Below are positions 45,694-57,324 of a stretch of DNA of 64,000 nt, one piece after another. The DNA lies in NCBI GenBank assembly GCA_963841735.1, contig CAWJDT010000005.1, positions 128,001 to 192,000 on the forward strand, in the 5' to 3' direction. A program made the position numbers and the translations under genes. Source of the stretch: an uncultured Actinomycetes bacterium (lineage in GTDB: Bacteria > Actinomycetota > Thermoleophilia > RBG-16-64-13). The notes below the pieces were generated by a model that was not told the origin of the DNA, did not search any database, and saw only the letters and a list, made by a program, of their open reading frames with translations. Within the stretch, counting starts at the first letter, position 1. Every line of letters begins with the position of its first letter.

Positions 45694-47342
45694 CCACCGA
45701 CACAGCGATCCGCCCCGAAACCCCGGCTGAGGCCCCGGCTGCGGCTGCCGGCCGACGCGCCGCCGAGATCGCGGGCAACAGCGATTGGCCGCAAGGAGCA
45801 GGTGGAGCGCGCGAGTCCAGCCGGCCCCCGATCGCTACCGCAACGTCCTCGGCAAGTACAAGATCGACCGTCTGGCCCGCTGCCAGTCCTGCGGGCACTG
45901 CGTGGAGGTCTGCCAGTACGGCGTGCACGTCAAGCCCGAAGGCTACGCGTTCACCCTGCGCCCGCAGGACCACCTCTGCATCGGCCCCGAGTGCGCCGAG
46001 AGCGACAAGTCCTGCATCGCCCAGTGCCCGCAGAAGGCCCTCGTCCTGCGCCCCAACCCCAGTGCCGAGTGCATGGGCGATCCGCGCTGGCCGAGCGATC
46101 TGATCCTCTCCACCTGGCATCAGGCCGCCACCGGGCATGCCGCGCCGCCGCATCTCGAAGGCCGGTTCGGCGCCTCGGGCGGCGGGTTCGACCGGCTGCG
46201 CTTCAAGTTCGAACTGCCCGAGATCTTCGGCGAGGGTCCCGACAAGCTGGCGCCCACCGGTCGAGGCCGCGTCCCCGACCGACGCGGCCGACATCGACAC
46301 CAGCCTGGATCTCAACCACGAGCGACGACGGCCGGCCGCAGGTGCACATCGACATCCCCGTGTACGGCGGCGGCATGAGCTTCGGCTCGGTGAGCATCCA
46401 CACCATCCTCGCCAAGGCCCGCGCGGCCGACGGCCTGGAACAGCTTCACCTGCACCGGCGAGGGCGGCTATCACGACCGCCTCCGGCCCTACGACGACCA
46501 CGTGATCACCCAGGTGGCCACCGGGCTCTTCGGCGTGCGCGAGGAGACCATCCAGCGGGTGCGCATCGTGGAGTTCAAGTACGCCCAGGGCGCCAAGCCC
46601 GGTCTGGGCGGCCACCTCTTGGGCGACAAGAACACTCCCCCGGTGGCCCGCATGCGCGAGGCCGTGGCCGGCAACGCGCTGTTCAGCCCCTTCCCCTTCC
46701 ACAGCGTCTACAGCGTCGAGGACCACAAGAAGCACCTCGACTGGATCAAGGAGATCAACCCCGACTGCCTGGTGAGCGTGAAGGTCTCCACCCCCACCGA
46801 CGTCGACATGGTCGCCGTGGGCAGCTACTACGCCGGGGCGCACATCGTCCACCTGGACGGCAGCTACGGCGGCACCGGCGCGGCGCCCGACATCGCCAAG
46901 AAGAACATCGCCATGCCCATCGAGTACGCCATCCCCAAGGTGCACAAGTTCCTGGTGGCCGAGGGCATCCGCGACCAGATCACGCTCATCGCCTCGGGCG
47001 GCGTCCGCACGGCGCTACGACGCGCTGAAGGCCATCGCCCTGGGCGCCGACGGCGTGGTCATCGGCACCGCCGAGATGGTGGCCCTGGGCTGCGTCCGCT
47101 GCGCCTGCTGCGAGAGCGGCCGCGGCTGCCCGCGCGGCATCGCCACCACCGACCCCGAACTGGTGGCGCAGATGAGCATGGAGTGGGCCACGCAGCGCCT
47201 CATCAACCTCCAGAACGCCTGGCGGGAGCAGATGCTGGCCGTGCTGGCGCGCCTGGGCATGAAGTCCATCCGCGAGCTGCGAGGCCGCAGCGACGTGCTC
47301 TGCTACCTCGACGAGCGAGCACGGCTCCGGCCGGGGAGGTGA
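45690..47342 (+). CDS. Second glutamate synthase FMN subunit with ferredoxin (frameshifted)
   Basis: CQSCGHC, GMSFGS, TGEGG, QVATGLFGV, EFKYAQGAKPGLGGHL, CVRCACCESGRGC. Confidence 0.85.
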
Positions 47343-47347
47343 GCGTC

Positions 47348-49972
47348 GTGAGCGATCTTCGCCGAACGCCTACTGGCCGCCCGCTCGCAGGTCTACACCG
47401 GCCCGAGACCGGCCGGCTCCGACCCTGTCGAGGAGGGCGGCTGCGGAGTCACCGGCTTCGCCTGCACCGTGCCGGTGAAGGGGCGCCACATCTACGAGCC
47501 CTCCAAGCAGATGCAGAACCGCGGCAACGGCAAGGGCGGCGGCATCGCCGCCGCGGGCCTGGTGCCCGAGCAGCTGGGCATCTCCGCCGACATGCTCGAG
47601 AGCCACTACCTGCTGCAGATCGCCCTGCTCGACCCCGACTGCCACGCCGAGTTGGAGCGGCAGTTCGTGCTGCCCCACTTCGACGTCGCCCTGTCCACCC
47701 GGCAGCCCCACATCGACGACTATCGCGACATCGGGCCTGGAGGTCCGGCCGCCCGACGTGCACCGCTACGTGGTGCGCGCCAAACCGAGCGCCCTCAAGG
47801 CCTTCGCCGAAGCGGCCGGGCTGCAGGACCTGGAGCCGCGCGCGCTCGAAGACGAGTTCGTGTGGCGCAACTCGTACGCAGCTCAACGACGCCTACTACG
47901 CCTCGCTCGGCGAGAAACGCGCCTTCGTGCTGTCGCACTCGCGCAACCTGCTCATCTTCAAGACTGGTGGGCTACGCCGAGCAGAACGTGGAGTACTACC
48001 AGCTGCAGGACTTCAGCGCCCACGTGTGGATCGCCCATCAGCGCTATCCGACCAAGGGCCGCGTGTGGCACCCGGGTGGCGCCCACCCCTTCGTGGGCAT
48101 GAACGAGGCCCTGGTGCACAACGGCGACTTCGCCAACTACCACTCGGTCAGCGAGTACCTGCGCCAGCGCAACATCCGGCAGCAGTTCCTCACCGACACC
48201 GAGGTCTCGGTGCAGCTCTTCGACCTGTGGGACCGTGTCTATCGACTATCCGCTGGAGTACATCATCGAGGCGCTGGCCCCCACCACCGAGCTGGACTTC
48301 GACCAGTTGCCGCCCGAGAAGCAGGCCATCTACCGAGAGATCCAGGCCACCCACATCCACGCCTCGCCCGACGGGCCCTGGTTCTTCATCATCGCCCGCA
48401 GCCAGGGCGACCGCTTCCAGCTCATGGGCATCACCGACACGGCCATGCTGCGGCCGCAGGTCTTCGCGCTCTCCGACAGCGGCGAGGTCCAGATCGGCCT
48501 CATCTGCTCCGAGAAGCAGGCCATCGACGCGACCCTGCGCAGCCTCGCCGAGGAAGACCCGCGCTTCTGCCCGGTGGCCGACAAGTACTGGAACGCGCGC
48601 GGCGGCTCGTCCACCGACGGGGGCGCCTTCATCTTCACCGTGGCGCCGGAATGGTGACGCCGGCCAGCATGCGGCTCTCCTGCACCGACAAGTTCGGCCG
48701 CGAGGTCACCTGCAGCGCCGGCTCGGTGCGCTGCGACCTGCCCGCTCGATGTCAACGACTCGTCGGACGCGGCTGCCCCGTCGAGCTCTTCAGCGCCGAC
48801 GAGGTGCAGGAGAAGCTCCGCAGAGGCGACCTCGACGCCCTCTTCGCCTCGGTGCGAGACATCGGCTCCTGGCCGGCCGACCAGCTGCGCCGCTTCTGCC
48901 AGTACGTGCTGGCCGCGGCCGACGACCCCAAGACGTGCCTGTCGGCCATCGATCCTGCTCACCGATCTGCACGACCGCCGCTTCGCGACCGGCGACAAGC
49001 GGCGCGCGACCGTGGTCCGCGTCCTCGAAGACGCCCTCGACCAGTTGTTCGACACCGCTCCGCTCTTCGGCGAGCCGGGCAATCGCTTCTGGCGACGGAT
49101 CAACTGGGACACCCGCGATCGTCTGCAGGCCCCGCAGGCCGGCGAAGAGCTGCTCTGCATCGACAGCCAGGGCTTCCCGCCCGAAGGCGACGACTGCGAC
49201 GCGGTGCTCATGCGCGAGGCCTACAAGCTGGGCTGGAAGCACTTCTGCGTCTATCGCCTGCGCGGCCAGCGCTTCCATGGCGTGGGTCTGGGCGCGGCCA
49301 CCGACGGCGTGCGCATCGACCTCTACGGCTCCAACGGCGACTACACCGCCAGCGGCATGGACGGCCTCGAGATGCACATCCACGGCAACGCCCAGGACCA
49401 GGTGGCTCAGATCGCCAAGCGCGGCAAGCTGGTCATCTACGGCGACGTCGGGCAGACCTTCATGTACGGCGCCAAGGGCGGTGAGGTCTTCATCCTGGGC
49501 AACGGGGCGGGCCGGCCGCTCATCAACGCGGTGGGACGGCCGCGGGTGGTCATCAACGGCACCTGTCTGGACTTCCTGGCGGAGTCGTTCATGGCCGGCG
49601 ACCCCCTGAACGGCGGCGGCTTCGTGATCCTGAACGGCGTCGAGTTCGACGACGACGGCGAGCATCGTCCCCCAGGCGACTCCCTACCCGGGCAGCAACC
49701 TGTTCTCGCTGGCCAGCGGCGGCGCCATCTACATCCGCGACCCTCACAACAAGGTGGTCGAGCGGCAGCTCAACGGCGGGGTGTTCTCGCCCCTGGACGA
49801 CAAGGACTGGCGCCTCATCCGCGGCTACCTGGAAGAGAACGAGCGTCTCTTCGGCATCAAAGTGCAGGACCTCCTGACGGTGGATGGCCAGGTCCGGGCC
49901 CCGCAGGATGTCTATCGCAAGGTCAGCGCGGTCACGCTGTCGGTGCTGGCCGGATCGGAGAAGAAGAAATGA
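47348..49972 (+). CDS. Fused glutamine-amidotransferase plus GXGXG glutamate-synthase subunit (frameshifted)
   Basis: EEGGCGV, NRGNGKGGG, HQRYPT, AHPF, HNGDFANY, then GQRFHGVG, GDVGQTFMYGAKGG, DFLAESFMAG. Confidence 0.82.
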
Positions 49973-49978
49973 CCCCCG

Positions 49979-50538
49979 GTGACCATAGAGATCAACACCA
50001 TCGGCGGGAGCCTGGCCGACGAGCTCAAGGCGCTGACCGGCGTCTCCCCCATGAGCTGCTACCAGTGCACCAAGTGCTCCAGCGGCTGCCCCGTGGCCGG
50101 CCGCGGCGATCTGCGGTCGCACGAGCTGGTGCGGCTGGTGCAGATGGACCAGCGCGAGGCGGTACTCTCCAGCCGCTTCATCTGGGAGTGCACCTCTTGC
50201 CATACCTGCGTCACCCGCTGCCCGCAGAAGGTGGACATCTGCGCCATGAACGACGCGCTCCGCGCTCTCAGCGTCAAAGAGGGACTGGCGACGCCGAGCA
50301 CGGCCGTGCCGGTGTTCAACGACGCGTTCCTGGCGAGCGTCCGCAAGCGCGGGCGCGTGCACGAGTTGGGCCTGATGGCGGCCTTCAAGCTGCGTACCCG
50401 GCGCTTCTTCGAAGACGTCGACAAGGCCCCCATGATGCTGTCCAAGGGCAAGCTGTCGCTGTTCGGCGACCGGGTCGCTGGGCGCAGCGAGCGCGAGAAG
50501 CTCTTCAGCCGGGCGAGCAAAGGCGGTGCGAGCGATGA
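49979..50538 (+). CDS. hdrC: Heterodisulfide reductase subunit C-like
   Basis: [12 protein letters not shown] and [14 protein letters not shown]. Confidence 0.85.
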
Positions 50539-51420
50539 AATACACGTTCTACCCTGGCTGTTCGCTGGAAGGCACCGCCAAGGACTTCCACAGTCTCAAC
50601 GCTGGCGGTGGCGGCCGGGCTGGGGCTCGAGCTGGCCGAGATGCAGGACTGGATCTGCTGCGGCTCCACTGCCGCCCACAACAGCAATCCACTCCTGGCC
50701 GACGCCCTGCCGGCGCAGAACCTGCGCGCGGCCGAGGGCCAACCGGTCGCGGTGGCCTGTGCCGCCTGCTACAGCCGCCTCAAGATGGCCAACCACCACA
50801 TCGCCGGCCGACGACAACCGTGCGCGCCAAGGTCGCCGAAGTGGTGGGCGGCGACTACGACGGACTCACCCCGGTGCGGCACCTGCTGGAGATCCTGGGC
50901 CAGGACATGGCGCGAGAAGACATCGCCGCGAAGATCCGCCAGCCCCTGACCGGGCTCAAGGTGGCCTGCTACTACGGCTGCCTGCTGTCGCGTCCGCCGG
51001 AGATAACGCAGTTCGACGACGCCGAGAACCCCACTCTCATGGACAAGCTCCTGGAGACGGCCGGGGCCACCCCCGTCGACTGGCCGCACAAGACCGAGTG
51101 CTGCGGCGCCAGCTTCTCCATCACCGATGCGAGCATCGTGCTCGAGCTGAGCGACAAGATCCTCGCTATGGCGCAGGCCGCCGGCGTGGACTGCATCGCC
51201 ACCGCCTGCCCGCTCTGCCAGCTCAACCTGGACATGAGGCAAAAGGACATCGAGACCAAGTACGGGCGCCGCTACGGCCTGCCCGTGTTCTACTTCACGC
51301 AACTGCTGGGCCTGGCCCTGGGCTGTTCGCCGAGCGAGGTGTCGCTCGACAGCCTGATAGTCGATCCACGAGAGTTGCTCCGATCCAAAGGATCTGCTCG
51401 TGAACGAGGCGGGACGATGA
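50535..51420 (+). CDS. hdrB: Heterodisulfide reductase subunit B-like (frameshifted)
   Basis: [35 protein letters not shown]. Confidence 0.88.
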
Positions 51421-54400
51421 GCACTAGCAACGGTAACAACGGAAACGGAAACGGCGACCCCGTGGCCCCGGTCGCCACCCCGGAAGCCCTCGGCGCCGCG
51501 CCTGAGGCTGTGGGCGCTGCGCCTGAGGCTGTGGGCGCTGTCCTGGTCTGCGGCGCCGGCATCACCGGCATCCAGGCTTCGCTCGACCTGGCCGAGAGTG
51601 GCTTCAAGGTCTACTTGGTGGACTCCTCGCCCGCTATCGGCGGCAGGATGGCCCAACTCGACAAGACCTTCCCCACCGGCGACTGCGCCATGTGCATCAT
51701 CTCGCCCAAGCTGGTCGAGGTGCGCCCGCAACAAGAACATCGAGATCATCACGCTGGCCGACATCCAAGGCATCTCGGGTGAGCCGGGCAACTTCAAGGT
51801 GAAGCTGCGCCAGAACCCGCGCTACATCGACCTGGCCAAGTGCAACGCCTGCGGCGACTGCAACCTGGCCTGCCCGGTGGACCTGCCCAGCGAGTTCGAC
51901 CGCAACCTGGGTACGCGCAAGGCGGTGTTCCGCCCCTACCCACAGGCCATTCCCAACGTGTTCGGCATCTCCAAGGCCGAGGGCAAGGCGCCCTGCAAGG
52001 CCGCCTGCCCCGCCGGCGTGAATGCCCAGGGCTACGTGGCCCTCATCGGCGCCTCGCAAGTTCAAGGAAGCCTACGAGCTGGTGCGCGAGCGTTGCCCTC
52101 TCCCCTCTGCGTGCGGGCGCGTCTGCCAGCATCCCTGTGAGGACGAGTGCAACCGTAGCGACATCGACCAGCCGGTGTCCATCCGTGATCTCAAGCGGTT
52201 TGCCGGCGACTACGTCATGAACAACCCCGAGGGCTGTCCCCCGGTCGCGACCCTCGTCGCCAAACTTGATAGCAAGGTCGCCGTTATCGGTGGTGGCCCC
52301 GCCGGTCTGACCGCGGCCTACGATCTGGCCCAACTGGGCTACGGAGTGACCTTGTTCGAGGCCCAGCCGCATCTGGGCGGCATGCTGCGCTACGGCATCC
52401 CCGGCTATCGCCTGCCCAAGGACGTCCTTGAGCGGGAGATCCAGTCGATCCTCGACCTGGGCATCGAAGCCAAGACGGGCACCAAGGTGTCCGATCCCAA
52501 GAGCCTGCTCGACTCGGGGTTCAAAGCCGTGTTCGCGGCCCCAGGCGCGTGGATCGGCCGCAAGCTGGGCGTGCCCGGCGAAGAAGCCTCGGGCGTGCGG
52601 ACGGGTCTGGAGTTTCTCCGCCAAGTGAACAGCGGCGAGACGCCCGCTCTCGGCGCGAAGGTGTTGGTCATCGGCGGCGGCGACGTCGCCATGGACGCGG
52701 CCCGCTGCGCTCTGCGCATGCCCGGCGTCAACTCGGTGCACCTGGCCTGCCTGGAGAGCCGCGCAGAGATGCCGGCCCACTCCTGGGAAGCGGCCGAGGC
52801 GCTTGAGGAAGGCGTGGTGTTCCACAACAGCCTCGGCCCGACGAGCATCGAGACCGGCGGCGACAAGGTCACGGGCGTAGCCTTCAGAGCCTGCACCAGC
52901 GTGTTCAACGACGAGGGCAAGTTCGCTCCCCAGTTCGACGATGCCAAGACGGAGCTTCTGCCCGCCGACACGGTCATCGTGACCATCGGCCAAGGCATCG
53001 ACGCCGCCGGACTCGGCGTAGCCACCGGCCCCGGCGGGCGCATCACAGCCGACAAAGACACCCTTGCCACCGACGTCGCCCGGCGTGTTCGCCGGCGGCG
53101 ATGCCGTGCTGGGCCCGGCCTCCATGGTCGACGCCATGGCCCAGGGCCACAAGGCCGCTGAGGCCATCGACGCGTACATACGAGGCGTCAAGCTGCCCCA
53201 GTCCCCGGCTTCGGCCGAGGCAGAAGCGGAGACTGGCCAAGAACCCCCGGCCCGACGCTCCCCGCGCGGACCGCGTCAAGATGCCCCAGACCGAAGCGGC
53301 CACGCGGGTGGCCGGCTTCGTCGAGATCGACCAGGGCTACAGCGTCGAACAAGCCGTGGCCGAAGCCCAGCGCTGCCTGGACTGTGGTCTTTGCAGCGAG
53401 TGCATGCAATGCGTCAAGGCCTGCACCGCCGGCGCCGTCTGCCACGACCAGCTGTCCAGAAGAGATCGAGATCGCCGCCGGTAGCGTGATCCTCACCCCC
53501 GGTTTCGAGGAGTTCCAGCCGGCTCTCCGTGGCGAGTTCGGCCACGGTCGCTACGCCAACGTGCTTTCGAGCGTCCAGTTCGAGCGCATGCTCTCGGCTG
53601 CGGGTCCCACCGGCGGCCACGTGGAGCGGCCTTCGGACGGCGGCGAGGTCAGAACGCGTCGGCTTCATCCAGTGCGTGGGCAGTCGTGATACCGCCCGCG
53701 GCAACGGCTACTGCTCGTCCATCTGCTGCATGAGCGCCACCAAAGAGGCGATGATCGCCATCGAACACGCTCACGGCCAGCACGACGTCGACGCCACCAT
53801 CTTCTGCATGGATGTCCGCGCGTTCGGCAAGGAGTTCGACGCCTACGTCAACCGGGCCCGCGACGAGAACGGTGTGAAGTACATCCGGGCGATTCCCTCC
53901 CGCGTGGTCGAGATGCCCGGCAGCAAGAACCCGCGAGTGCGCTACTTCGACCAGGACGGCGTCGAGCAGCAACCAGGAGTTCGACCTAGTGGTTCTGAGC
54001 GTGGGCATGCAGGTTCCGGCCAGCGTGCGCGAGACGGCCGGCAAGCTAGGCGTCGATCTAAACGAGTTCGGCTTCGCCCAGACCGAGCGGCTGGCCCCAC
54101 TGGCCACCACCAAGCCCGGCCTGTATGTGGCCGGAGCCTTCCAGGAACCCAAGGACATCCCCGAGTCGGTGGCCCAGGCCTCCGCGGCCGCGGCGTGCGC
54201 CATGGACCAGTTGGCCGAGGCGCGTGGAAATCTCATAACGCGCCGCGAGTACCCGTGGGAGCGTGACACCACCGACGAACCGCCCCGGGTAGGCGTGTTC
54301 ATCTGCCACTGCGGACAGAACATCGCCTCGGTCATCGATGTGAAGCACGTGGCCCAAGAGGCCACCAAGCTGCCCAACGTCTTCCATGCCGAAGCGAGTC

Positions 54401-55972
54401 TCTACACCTGCTCCGACACCACCCAGCAGCACATCAAGGACATGATCAAGGAGCACCGGCTCAACCGGCTGGTGGTGGCCTCCTGCACACCGCGCACACA
54501 CGAGGTCCTCTTCCAGGAGACGCTGCGCGACAGCGGACTCAACCAATACCTGTTCTCTATGGCCAACATCCGCGACCAGGGGTCATGGGTGCACAAGAAC
54601 GAACCCGTGGCGGCCACCGAGAAGGCCATAGACCTCATGGCCATGGCGGTAGCGCGCGCCCGGCACCTCAAGGCCCTGCAGACCGGCCAACTGCCGGTGA
54701 CGGCTTCGGCGCTCGTGTTGGGCGGCGGGCTGGCCGGCATGACGGCGGCGCTCGGCATCGCCGACCAGGGCTTCCAAGTGCACCTGGTCGAGAAGGAACC
54801 GGTGCTTGGCGGCCTCATGAGCCAGATCCACAGCACCCTGGAGGGCACCGACGTAGAGTCGTTCCGCGCCGCACTGGTGGACAAGGTGCAGACCCATCCG
54901 CTGGTGGACGTCTACCTGAACACCACCCTTGCCCGCATCACCGGGCACATCGGCCACTTCGAGAGCGTGCTTGACGGTGGAGGGGAGTGAGCAGCCGGTG
55001 CACCACGGAGTCATCATCGTGGCCACGGGCGGCCAGGAACGCACCACCGAGCTCTACCTGCACGGCAAGAACCCGCACGTCACCACCCAGAGCAAACTCG
55101 AGGCGCAACTGGCCGCCGGTGAGCTTCCAGCCGAGCTGCAGGGCAGGACCGACCCCACCGTGGTGATGATCCAGTGCGTCGAGAGCCGCAACGACGAGCA
55201 TCCCTACTGCAGCCGGGTGTGCTGCTCGGAGGCGGTCAAGAACGCGCTCGACATCAAGCGCAGGCTCCCCGGCGCCAACGTGGCGGTGCTGGGCCGGGAC
55301 ATCCGCACCTATGGTTTCCGCGAGCTCTTCTTCCAGCAGGCTCGGGAAGAGGGGATCATGTTCGTCCGCTACCCGGAGAAGAACGACCCTGTAGTGGCCG
55401 AGCAAGACGGCCGGCTCCAGGTGACTGTGCACGACGCCTCCAGCAACCGTGACCTGGTGCTGCGGCCCGACTTGCTGGTGCTCTCCACCGGCATCGCCCC
55501 GGCTACGAACAACCCGGTACTGTCTGGCCAACTGCGCAGCGCCCTTACGTCCGACGGCTTCTTCCTAGAGGCGCATCCCAAGCTCCGCCCGGTCGACCTG
55601 GCCAACGAGGGCGAGTACATCTGCGGGCTCTCCCACTCCCCCCGCTTCATGGACGAGACCATCGCCCAGGCCATGGCGGCGGTGGGCCGCGCCACTACGG
55701 TGCTCTCCAAAACACATCTGGAGATCCCCGGCCAGGTGGCCCAGGTGGACCCAACAGACTGCGTGGCCTGCGCCACCTGTGTGAAGACCTGCCCCTACGG
55801 AGCCCCCATGATCAACGAACTGGGCAAGGCTGAGATCCAAGTAGCCCTGTGCATGGGTTGCGGCAGCTGTGCCGCGTCCTGCCCGGCCCGCACCATCACC
55901 CTGCTTCATCAAGAAGACCAGGCGTTGGTGGCCATGCTGGACGAACTGCTGGTGGAAGGAGCGAGGCTATGA
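51417..55972 (+). CDS. hdrA: Large HdrA/HdrL-type flavoprotein with an inserted GltD-like NAD(P)H-binding module (frameshifted, ~1500 aa)
   Basis: [26 protein letters not shown]; [40 protein letters not shown] insert; [20 protein letters not shown]; second GGGLAG and QCVESR; C-terminal ferredoxin. Confidence 0.88.
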
Positions 55973-56481
55973 CCCAGGCCACCACCCCAATGACGCCCTC
56001 GGAGACAACGGAGGCCACCACGGCGGCGACGCCCGCGGCGGCCGCTTGGGAGCCCCAGATCATCGCGTTCTGCTGCAACTACTGCGCCTATGCGGCGGCC
56101 GACCTGGCCGGATCAAAGCGTATGCAATACCCGGCCAACGTGCGGATCATCCACGCGCCCTGCACCGGCAAGATCGAGATGGAGCACATTCTTGACGCCT
56201 TCCTAAAGGGTATCGATGGCATCCTGGTGGCCGGTTGCCTGGAAGGTGGGTGTCACTTCATGGAGGGCAACCTCCGGGCGCGCAAGCGCACCGACCGCAT
56301 CCGCGAGATGTTGGCCGAGGTAGGCGTCGGCGAGGAGAGGCTCAAGATGGTCAACCTGTCGGCCGCCGAGGCTCCCACCTTTGTGAGGAGCGTACAGGAG
56401 ATGGTGAACACGGTCAGAGCGTTGGGACCGAGCCCTCTCAGGAGCTCGAACGAGTCTCAGACGTTGGAAAGCGAAGGTTAA
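55969..56481 (+). CDS. mvhD: MvhD/FlpD [2Fe-2S] subunit
   Basis: FCCNYCAYAAADLAG, PCTGK, GCLEGGCHF..GN. Confidence 0.9.
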   Translation: MTQATTPMTPSETTEATTAATPAAAAWEPQIIAFCCNYCAYAAADLAGSKRMQYPANVRIIHAPCTGKIEMEHILDAFLKGIDGILVAGCLEGGCHFMEGNLRARKRTDRIREMLAEVGVGEERLKMVNLSAAEAPTFVRSVQEMVNTVRALGPSPLRSSNESQTLESEG

Positions 56482-56483
56482 GA

Positions 56484-57152
56484 ATGATTGTTGCTTCTCC
56501 CAAATCGATCACCGAGCTGAGGAACCTCATCTCGGGCCACAAGCGCGTGCTCTTCGCCGGCTGTGGCACTTGTGTCACAGTCTGCCTGGCCGGTGGCGAG
56601 CGTGAGGTGGGATTAGCCTCATACGCCATCCGCATGGCGCGCAAACTCGAAGGAGAGCCACTCGAACTCACCCAGATGACCATCGAGCGCCAGTGCGAGA
56701 ACGAGTTCATCAAAGACCTGGCCGAAGCGGCCGCCAAAGTCGACGCCATCGTCTCGTTCGGGTGCGGTGTGGGCGTGCAGGCCGTGGCCGAGAGCTTCCC
56801 CGAGAAGCCGGTCTATGCCGCCCTCAACACTCAGTTCATGGGCACTCTCGAGGAGCAGGCCGTCTGGGCCGAGAAGTGCCTGGGCTGCGGCGATTGCATG
56901 TTGGCGCAGTTCGGCGGGGTCTGCCCGGTGACGCGCTGCGCCAAGCGGCTCTTGAACGGTCCCTGCGGTGGTTCCACCGAGGACCATTGTGAAGTGGACG
57001 AAGACCGTCCCTGCGCCTGGCAGCTCATCTACACGCGCCTCAAGAACATCGAGCAGTTGGACCGGCTTGATGAGGTCGTTCCCGCCAAGGATTGGAGCAC
57101 CTCCTGGCACTCCGGAGCGCGCAAAGTGGTACGCAAAGAACACCGGGTGTAG
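56484..57152 (+). CDS. metV: MetV (MTHFR-associated Cys-rich subunit)
   Basis: GCGTCVTVC, RQCE, CLGCGDC...CPVTRCAKRLLNGPCGG..CEV...CAW. Confidence 0.88.
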   Translation: MIVASPKSITELRNLISGHKRVLFAGCGTCVTVCLAGGEREVGLASYAIRMARKLEGEPLELTQMTIERQCENEFIKDLAEAAAKVDAIVSFGCGVGVQAVAESFPEKPVYAALNTQFMGTLEEQAVWAEKCLGCGDCMLAQFGGVCPVTRCAKRLLNGPCGGSTEDHCEVDEDRPCAWQLIYTRLKNIEQLDRLDEVVPAKDWSTSWHSGARKVVRKEHRV

Positions 57153-57179
57153 CCCGAACCTCACAGTCTGGCGAGCCTG

Positions 57180-57217
57180 GGGGCTCGGTCCCACTCGGGG
57201 CCGGGCCCTCTTCTTTG
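57180..57217 (+). terminator. Probable intrinsic terminator of the redox operon
   Basis: GGGCTCGGTCCC/GGGGCCGGGCCC stem followed by TCTTCTTT. Confidence 0.55.
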
Positions 57218-57324
57218 CCGGACCGGGGTGTTCGCTACGCGCCGCCCTCCGACACCAGCTTTTCGCTACACTGATATTGACCAGTTGCGCTCGCGCGCGT
57301 AGCTGTATGTGGGCGCCGCGTTGA

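Noticed and set aside
51498-51540. 21-bp tandem duplication (APEAVGA x2) at the HdrA N-terminus
   Set aside because: In-frame low-complexity linker expansion with no evident function
49979-51782. Apparent HdrC-HdrB and HdrB-HdrA read-through ORFs
   Set aside because: ATGA overlaps at 50535 and 51417 indicate separate coupled genes
51417-56481. Possible selenocysteine in HdrA or MvhD
   Set aside because: The usual Sec positions are Cys codons (DCAMC, CCNYC, GCLEGGCHF)
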